DNA of 43,912 nt from Octopus bimaculoides (Eukaryota). Both the position numbers and the translations under genes were made by a program. The stretch is from contig NC_068983.1 in NCBI RefSeq assembly GCF_001194135.2, forward strand, positions 7,879,948-7,923,859, given 5' to 3'. The notes beneath the pieces are model-generated. The model had not been told where the DNA came from. It did no database searches and saw only the letters and a list, made by a program, of their open reading frames with translations. Shown piece after piece: positions 35,207 through 43,912 of this stretch; positions within the stretch are counted from its first letter, which is position 1; every line of letters starts with the position of its first letter.

Positions 35207-35554
35207 CAGGGATTTCCAACCATTGTTTACCTGTAGATCCTTTGATTGCTATTTTATTCTGGTGGACCCCCATAACTATTCAATATTCAAAAACTAGTTT
35301 TATAAATACTTCTTTCAAATTCTTATTTCGTCTTTCACACATTTACGTGTGAAGGTTGAACAATGTAAAATGTTAGAGAAAGAAACCTACTTATAGCTTG
35401 CAATACATACCAATACATACATCTAAGGCAACATTTTTTCAGGGGCCATCAAAATACTATTGTCGATTTGCAATTTACTGATTTGCTGTGTGGACCCACC
35501 CCCAAATCTTATATGAACCCTCAAGGGCCATATGGACTCGGTCGAGAACCACCG
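35207..35554. mobile_element. hAT/Charlie-type non-autonomous element (MITE), 348 bp
   Basis: Ends CAGGGATTTCCAACC ... GGTCGAGAACCACCG are Charlie-like TIRs. The flanks CTCAAGAT and CTCTGGAT are each one change from CTCTAGAT, fitting the 8-bp NTCTAGAN target preference. Confidence 0.75.
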
Positions 35555-35689
35555 CTCTGGATGTTCACACTATTCTTACTTCACCATATTCATGAAATTA
35601 ATACAAAAATTCCACTAATGATGCTTTCGGGATTAAATGGCGGTATTTTAATTTTTATAGTTGATCTTTTGAAAGATGTTGCTGTTACT

Positions 35690-36000
35690 GTTGTTGTTGA
35701 CGATGACGTAATGATACGGTATAGTAGAAGCGAAGTGGTGGTGATGACAGTGATGACAACGGTGTTGATGATGATTCTGAACATGATGGAAATGAGGGCA
35801 ATGATGACGCACTGATGCCGTTGTTGGCGATGGTGATAAAGGTGATGCATCGCTGTTACTGATGATGATAGGTAGGATGAGGATAGGGAAGTGGATAAGG
35901 ATGATGGGGGGGGGGGATAAGAAGGATGTGGTGCCGATGAGGTAGAGGAGGATGAGGATGAGGATGAGGTTGGTGATTGTAAGGAGAACAATGATGATTG

Positions 36001-36042
<42 letters not shown>

Positions 36043-36327
36043 GAATGATGATGGTGGTGGTCATGCTTCGGCTGCTGATAGTGATACTGCTACTACTGCT
36101 GCTGCTGCTGCTGATGATGATGATGCTGGTGATGGTGATTGTGATGATGATAGTGAATGTAATGGAGATCATGATGTTATGATGATGATGACGATCATAA
36201 CGATCATAGTGATGATGATGATGACGATGATAATGATGATGATGACGATGATGATGCTGATGCTGATAATGATGATGATAATGATGATGATGATGATGAA
36301 GATGATGATGATGATAACGATCATAAA

Positions 36328-36383
<56 letters not shown>

Positions 36384-36440
36384 CGATTGTGATGTTGCTG
36401 CTGCTGATGATTGAGCGGATGCGGTCGATGAACATCATAG
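35690..36440. repeat. About 750-bp degenerate (GAT)n tract with GGT, GCT, GAG and GAC variants
   Basis: Read directly. Confidence 0.95.
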
Positions 36441-36644
36441 CCTTATTAAAACTTTGATGTTATCGCTAGTCTTACTCTTTCTGCTGATATGTACGATCGT
36501 AATATCTGCAGCATTGATGAGAGTGTTATCGGTGGATTTAATTACGTCACCACCATTCTTTTATTCTTCGTCTGCGTGGACGTTTCGCGATTTTATTATT
36601 GCTTCTATCACAATTGGATTTAATATGTTTTATTATTATCGTTA

Positions 36645-37565
36645 CTAGTGTTCCCGTGCCGTCAGAAATAACGACATGAAAATAATACGGAGAATAAACC
36701 TTTATCTTAACAATTGCTCCAACACAACGTTTCTAGTGAAAACCCTATTACTAATGAGTTCGCCTTGTTTTGGATTTTCCTTTACTCTTTACTCTTTTAC
36801 TCTTTTACTTGTTTCAGTCATTTGACTGCGGCCATGTTGGAGCACCGCCTTTAGTCGAGCAAATCGACCCCAGGACTTATTCTTTGTAAGCCTAGTACTT
36901 ATTCTATCGGCCTCTTTTCGCCGAATCGCTAAGTTACGGGGACGTAAACACACCAGCATCGGTTGTCAAGCGATGGTGGGNNNNNNNNNNNNNNNNNNNN
37001 NNNNNNNNNNNNNNNNNNNNNNNNNNNNNNNNNNNNNNNNNNNNNNNNNNNNNNNNNNNNNNNNNNNNNNNNNNNNNNNNNNNNNNNNNNNNNNNNNNNN
37101 NNNNNNNNNNNNNNNNNNNNNNNNNNNNNNNNNNNNNNNNNNNNNNNNNNNNNNNNNNNNNNNNNNNNNNNNNNNNNNNNNNNNNNNNNNNNNNNNNNNN
37201 NNNNNNNNNNNNNNNNNNNNNNNNNNNNNNNNNNNNNNNNNNNNNNNNNNNNNNNNNNNNNNNNNNNNNNNNNNNNNNNNNNNNNNNNNNNNNNNNNNNN
37301 NNNNNNNNNNNNNNNNNNNNNNNNNNNNNNNNNNNNNNNNNNNNNNNNNNNNNNNNNNNNNNNNNNNNNNNNNNNNNNNNNNNNNNNNNNNNNNNNNNNN
37401 NNNNNNNNNNNNNNNNNNNNNNNNNNNNNNNNNNNNNNNNNNNNNNNNNNNNNNNNNNNNNNNNNNNNNNNNNNNNNNNNNNNNNNNNNNNNNNNNNNNN
37501 NNNNNNNNNNNNNNNNNNNNNNNNNNNNNNNNNNNNNNNNNNNNNNNNNNNNNNNNNNNNNNNNN

Positions 37566-37607
<42 letters not shown>

Positions 37608-37888
37608 GACGGGCTTCTTCTCAGTTTCCGTCTACCAAATCCACTCACAAGGCTTTGGTCGGCCCGAGGCTATAGTAGAAGACACTTGCCCAAGGTGCCA
37701 CACAGTGGTACTGAACCCGGAACCATGTGGTTGGTAAGCAAGCTACTTACCACACAGCCACTCCTGACCAACATTTTGATATTATTACTGCTTCTACTCA
37801 ATGCAGCATAAAGTTGCCCATGGCTGAATACTGGTGATGATAGGTTGATGCCAAATTTATTGAAGCTCTGCCATTTTGATTTATAAAC
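36645..37888 (-). mobile_element. Helitron 3' end (helicase C-terminus, stop, 3' terminus) interrupted by SINE A
   Basis: 37888-37767 reads VYKSKWQSFNKFGINLSSPVFSHGQLYAALSRSSNNIKML (PIF1-type motifs V/VI). Removing the SINE restores the frame: GT|G GAA gives V ENPKQGELISNRVFTRNVVLEQLLR* (TAA at 36704-36702). The terminus is GCACGGGAACA-CTAG|T at 36645. Confidence 0.85.
36781..37766 (-). mobile_element. SINE family A, best-preserved copy; its internal microsatellite is covered by a gap
   Basis: Head CAGGAGTGGCTGTGTGGTAAG..GGTTCAGTACC, CORE-like GGCACCTTGGGCAAGTGTCTT, (TA)n, gap, body, and tail (GTAAAAGA)n. Confidence 0.92.
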
Positions 37889-38061
37889 ATAAATACATAT
37901 ATATGCATGTGTGTGTGTGTATGGTAAACACGACGCTCTCTTTAACACTTCCTCTCTCTCATAACTATCTCTCACTCCCTGTCAGGCATGGCTATTACTC
38001 TCACTACTTCTCCTTTACTGAATTACTATTTTCACTCTTCTCCCTTCACTTATACTACGCT

Positions 38062-38135
38062 TTCTCTCACCCCTCCTAATATAAATTATTCACATGGCAT
38101 TCTCTCACCCCTCCTAATATAAATTATTCACATGG
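38062..38135. repeat. Perfect tandem duplication, period 38
   Basis: TTCTCTCACCCCTCCTAATATAAATTATTCACATGG occurs twice, separated by CA. Confidence 0.95.
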
Positions 38136-40363
38136 TTTTAAATTACGAAACAATTTGTCGTGATACTGGAATTTTCTGATTGTTAAATAAAATTTCATCA
38201 AATTATTTCGCCTTCATTTATTACTTTATACATTACTTACCGTTTTCTCTTGTATACTACTATATGTTTTGTTAGAAGCCAAATATATCTTCGTTTTCAT
38301 GGTAAAGGAGAAAAGTTAGGACATCAAAAAAACCCCGCTACCCTCTTACTTGATATGAAACAGATAGCAGCCAGATCCCGTCAGTCTTTTCGTCCTCCCA
38401 ATTTAAACAAAGAGAAGGACCCCTTCAGCAATGTATTCCTCTATACAGTATGATTGAAAGACAAAGATGTGGGGGTAGTCATTGATAGCCATGGTCGGAA
38501 TGCTTTTGATCACAGGTTTGCTCAATCAAGGTTGACCTGACTCTAAACAGCAACAATAATAACAATCAAGCAAGTTTGAGATTTAACAATTCTTCGAAAA
38601 ATAAATAAAGAAATAAATATAAAAGAAATGTTTTCAATGAATTGGAAAAAAAAAAATAAATGTAGAAGAACAGCTGAAAACAAACTAACAAAAAAAAATT
38701 CGAATTTGTTTTGAAGAGAATTGCAGGAAAAAAGAGAAAAAATAGAATTTTCTACTCAAAAAAAAAAAGAAAAAAAAAAGAAAAAATTATGAATTAGTCA
38801 GACGTTTTTGAATTATTTTCATTGATTATTTTTCTTTTAACAAAATGTTCTTTATATTGTTATTTCATTTTCCTTGTAAAGTGAAAGCTAGCAAGGAAAA
38901 TCATTAGAAAAATCAGTAGTAAATTATTTGCTATGTAGCACATTTCTATTTGCTGATTAATTCAGTGATTTCAGCAAATAATAAATAATACTTGAAAGGA
39001 AATGGGAATTTAATTTTATTGTACGACTATGAAACAACGATAATAAATAAATAGCAACGCGGCCTCACGCCATCAACCCTCTTTCTATTCACCGTCTCCT
39101 CAGCTCTATGTCTTCACTTTGCTGATAAAATAGAAATAGTATATCGTCTGCCGCAGATGCACAGAATTGTACAAATAAATGCGTAGAGATACACACATAT
39201 ATGAAAGAATGTGGTCAGACTTACATACATACATACATATATACATACAAACATACATACATACATACATACATACAAACATACATACATACATACATAC
39301 ATACATACGTACGTACGTACATACATACATATATATACATACATACGTACATACACACATGCACACNNNNNNNNNNNNNNNNNNNNNNNNNNNNNNNNNN
39401 NNNNNNNNNNNNNNNNNNNNNNNNNNNNNNNNNNNNNNNNNNNNNNNNNNNNNNNNNNNNNNNNNNNNNNNNNNNNNNNNNNNNNNNNNNNNNNNNNNNN
39501 NNNNNNNNNNNNNNNNNNNNNNNNNNNNNNNNNNNNNNNNNNNNNNNNNNNNNNNNNNNNNNNNNNNNNNNNNNNNNNNNNNNNNNNNNNNNNNNNNNNN
39601 NNNNNNNNNNNNNNNNNNNNNNNNNNNNNNNNNNNNNNNNNNNNNNNNNNNNATACACCCCTCACACACTTAGAAACACCAATTTAAATGTTATAAGCAA
39701 GCCTGTTACCACGAAAGGAAAAAAAAGTCGACACACTCCAATAATCACAACAAACAAGCAAAAGCAAAAAGAGAAACAAAACAAAACAAAACACAAAAGA
39801 AACTATAAAAGAGAAAACAAACAAAATCAACAGATGATAAAAACTAAAAGTAACAAATAAATATGCAAAAATATCGTTGAAATGATAATTTATTAGAGAA
39901 AAATACGTCGGTTCCTCCGATATAAGTGTATTTCTACTGTTGCGGTTTGATCAAAGCCACTACTCGGAGTCATTAAGCAGTGCTAAGGAACAAAGTGTTT
40001 CGAGCTGGTTGCCCTATTGAAATTCATCAAATAGTCTATTATAAAGAAATAAAAATAAATGAAATAAATTATTATAAACAACTGAGACATAACAGAAGAT
40101 TACAATCCGCCCGGCAGTGCGGTTATGATATTTTCCCTGCAAGCACAGGACACAGACTATCACTATTGATCCCACTCCGAGTAACTAATTAGGTGTCATT
40201 ACAAGGATCTCAACGCTCGGTGAGTTGAATTTCGTTATCGGAAACTGTGCTGAAGTTTGTTTTTGTGTATATATTATGTATGTAAGTACGCACGTACGTA
40301 TGAAGCATGTATGTATGCAGTGCACATGTATGTGTGTGTGTGTGTGTATGTGTATGTCAGAAC

Positions 40364-40414
<51 letters not shown>

Positions 40415-40539
40415 AATTGGCAAGAATAAACAAGAGAAATAGAAATTCTGCCTTACACGAAACTCTTGGCTGTTGAGTCACTCTTGTAACTTTTCATCCA
40501 ATTAATCCACACATATACACACACGCGTGCGTGCACGCA

Positions 40540-40587
<48 letters not shown>

Positions 40588-41295
40588 ATATAAATATTTA
40601 TGCACAGCACTGCATAAATTTAAGACTACAGTTTTTTCAGACATTTCGCTGAGGAACTTTAAACAGATGCAAACACATTTGTTATCTCTTTGTGAACAGA
40701 GAAATAAAAGAGATCGCCTTGATATTTTACACGGTTTGTTGACTACCTATCAGAAGACAAGTACTCCTCATATCCTTGTCTCACCGAATAGATCTTATTG
40801 CAAATCAATATTTTATATCAATCACAAACTAGAATTTAACTGTAATCGCTAGACTAATTTGAAGAGAGAAAGAGAAATAGAAAGAGAAAGAGGGCGTTGA
40901 ATTTAGTATGAAAGAAAAGGTAACAGAGAGAGAGAAAAAAAAGGGTGAGAGATGTAATAGCATAACAGAGGATGGGAGAGAATGAGACATATTGGATGAA
41001 TCAATGGGGACAGAGGCTGATAGAACGAATGTGATACAATGTAAGAGCAGAAGAAGGGTATAAAGAACAAAAGAATGGAGGTTAGAATGAAAAGAAAGAG
41101 AGATCAAAAGAGAATATATGAGAGATATTTGAAATTAAAAGAGGAAATGCCAACAGAAAAAAAGAAATAAAATGAAACTTGAGAAATGAAACGGAACAGA
41201 AAGAGTAATTCATGGGTTAAGCATCAGGACGATGGCCTACTGACCACTTGACTTCAGTTCAGAATTTTACTGTAACAAGATTGGGTACGGTTTGT

Positions 41296-41460
41296 GGAGA
41301 CGCATGGCTTAGAGGTTAAGGGGTTGGACACATGATCGTAAGATTGTAGTTTCGATTTCTGAAAAAGTCGGGAGATTGTGTTCTTGTGCAAAACACTTCA
41401 TTTCAGGTTACTTTAGTCTATTCAGCTGGTAAAAACGAGTAATCCTGTGGCGGACCGTCG
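41296..41460 (+). mobile_element. SINE family C, degenerate head and body
   Basis: GGAGACGCATGGCTTAGAGGTTAAG..GTTTCGATTTC..GTGTTCTTGTGCAAAACACTTCATTTC. Confidence 0.75.
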
Positions 41461-41981
41461 AGGGAGGAATATAAACACAAGAGAAACCGGTAAAACCGGC
41501 CTTACGCTCCTTACGGAGTAATGCGAACTAACCATATTGGATAAGGTACCAAACTCTACATGCTCCGCTTTGCTTGACTGACAAAGCCTATACTGGAGCT
41601 TCTATAAGGTCGTTCAGTTTACTTAAAATAACGGCAGCCAAATTTGCTTGATATATCAACTCTCGGAAGAAATAGAAATACCGCTAAGCATTTTGTCCAA
41701 CGTGCTAGCGGTTCTGCCTGATCGCCATCTTCACATATAACATATACAGATGAAACAGACATTGGAGATGCTTTTCATTAAGCAGAAACAGCTGGAATTA
41801 CTCAGAAATATTGTAAGCTCTTCTTATGAATCCATCTCAATATCTGAAACCTTTTTGTATCATCAGCAAGTATATAAAGGGTGACACGTGTTTTGCTTTT
41901 AACCTGACGGCAAATCCAATGCTAGAGTTTCTACAAGGTCATTTGCTTAAAATAAGCGCACCGAATCTTTAAGATGTAAAG

Positions 41982-42022
<41 letters not shown>

Positions 42023-42177
42023 TACACACACATATCCATCCATGTGGATAAATACAAATGTACACACACACACACATACGCATGCGTAAATTCATATAGA
42101 TGCGTGTATGTATAGGTGGGAATGTGAATGAATCAAGGCATAGTATAAAATGTCAACGATTTTAAATCAAAGCATAC

Positions 42178-42223
<46 letters not shown>

Positions 42224-42914
42224 TAAATGTGTGTGTGCATGCGTGTGTGTGTATGTATGTATATATGTATAGATCATCTTCCGCGAAGACGAAAAACCTA
42301 AACTAAATATGTGTTCTGACTAATATTGCGTTATCTTAGTACAAACGTATAATTTTACTGCAGTATAAACTAGTATGGTATTTTGAACTGTATAGTTTAT
42401 ATTTTTATACTAAAAGACATTTGTAGGTAGTGTTGATACGAACTGCACTTAGCAAATCCTTGACTGTTTTCCATAATTCTTTTCTTTTGTGGTGCAGCTG
42501 ACCTAAGTTCAACTTATATGTCCATTGCAATGTCTTTCAGTGCCAACTATGGCTTCATTCATACAGGAATCTATGATAAATCTGAGTCTCCTGCGACAAT
42601 ACACATATTCCCCCTTTCACTTAGTGTCTCCTTTGCTAACAAACAGATCTCTCCATTTTGTGTCTCCACTAACATACAGATTTCTCATACGCTTTCGATT
42701 TATAAATCTAGCCTTTTCTGTGTGATCAATATTACTGCAACATATTCTTACTATACAGCAAAATCTACATCGCAGATAATGCTATTTACGACATCTTTCT
42801 GTTCAGAATTAAACCTTATATGAACCTCATTTTAATCTCGGATCGTCTTTCTGTATTTGAACATGAAGGAATATCTCTAAAATAGGTTCAAGGCTTGAAA
42901 CTGCGAAAATGGTT

Positions 42915-43562
42915 TAATCGTTACCATTATCCCCAGTACTTAACTGGTACTTTATTTTATTGACCCCCGGACGAGTTAAAGGTAATTTTGACTTGGTGGG
43001 TTTTGAATACAAAATGTAAAGAGCCATCTCAAATGCTGCAAAGCATTTTTCCGACGCTTTAACGATTTTGCCAATCCACTGCTCTACATGTAGGAATGAT
43101 GAAGGTTTTCGGCCTAAAAGAAGCCCAGAAATTTTGAGGGGAAGGGTTTAATTGATAGCTTTAAATCTTTGAGTCAATACTTTTATGGAAGCAGAAAGGA
43201 TAAATGAGAAAGCTGAACACAGCAACATTTGAACTCAGACCGTAAACAGACAAAACACACACCACAAATCATTTTCCTCGAAGCTCTAAAAAAAATCTAT
43301 AATCTAATGACATACAAACGTACGTATGCTCATAAAAAATACACGTAAATACTTACATACAAACGTATTGTTTTCAAATTTTAGTACGAGGCTTGCAATT
43401 TCGGGGGAGAAGACGAGTCGGTTACATCGATTCTAGAGTTCTAATGGTACTTATTTTATCGATCCCGAAATGATGATAGGCAAAGTCGAATTCAGCGGAA
43501 ATTGAACCCAGAACGTACAGTCGGAAGAAATACTGCTAAGCATTTTGCCCGGCGTGCTATCG
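42915..43562 (-). mobile_element. Three degenerate SINE D copies (about 42915-43085, 43105-43300, 43371-43562)
   Basis: AACTGGTACTT..TTTTAT; TTTGAACTCAGA; TACTGCTAAGCATTTTGCCCGGCGTGCTA. Confidence 0.7.
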
Positions 43563-43630
43563 AGTGGTAACAGAATACTGTCGTTCAAAACAAGAACCCT
43601 ATATATATATATATATATATNNNNNNNNNN

Positions 43631-43696
<66 letters not shown>

Positions 43697-43796
43697 ATCT
43701 GCTTAAATGCCCGCTTTCTTGGCGAATTAGTTTACTATCTCACTATCGCGCTGATCAATAGGTATTGGTCTTGAAAATAGCTAAACCTAGAGTTTG

Positions 43797-43827
<31 letters not shown>

Positions 43828-43912
43828 GTCTCTCTCTGTCTCTCTCTGTCTCTCTCTGTCTCACACACACACGCACACAAACACACACACACACACAAAC
43901 ACACACACTATA

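Noticed and set aside
35590-36457. Poly-M, poly-I and poly-S ORFs
   Set aside because: These are frames of the GAT tract, with no splice or domain support.

Overview
This is AT-rich eukaryotic, mostly non-coding DNA packed with microsatellites and containing 11 N-gaps. The repeat content and assembly style suggest a cephalopod (Octopus-like) intron or intergenic region; that is an inference, not a database match. There is no intact long ORF, no CRISPR array and no rRNA, and almost all ORF-track entries are microsatellite or gap artefacts. Decayed transposons recognisable by translation are: an Academ(X)-type XPG-nuclease DNA transposon (3.5-5.5 kb), two Penelope-like element (PLE) pieces (RT at 7.0-7.5 kb, GIY-YIG at 24.6-25.0 kb), three D34D mariner fragments, a CR1/L2-type LINE 3' end, a hAT/Charlie MITE, and a Helitron 3' end split by a SINE. 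About five tRNA-headed SINE families are also present (my labels A-D and H). The best lead is at 25.0-25.6 kb: a tRNA-headed, (AAT)n-containing SINE whose tail folds into a minimal type-I hammerhead ribozyme of the PLE kind. It occurs as a head-to-head palindrome and runs directly into a PLE endonuclease fragment, suggesting a ribozyme-bearing SINE mobilised by PLEs. A few minus-strand candidate exons may belong to a host gene resembling the N-terminus of Slo2/KCNT potassium channels (low confidence). All alignments and translations were done by eye and family names come from recalled motifs.
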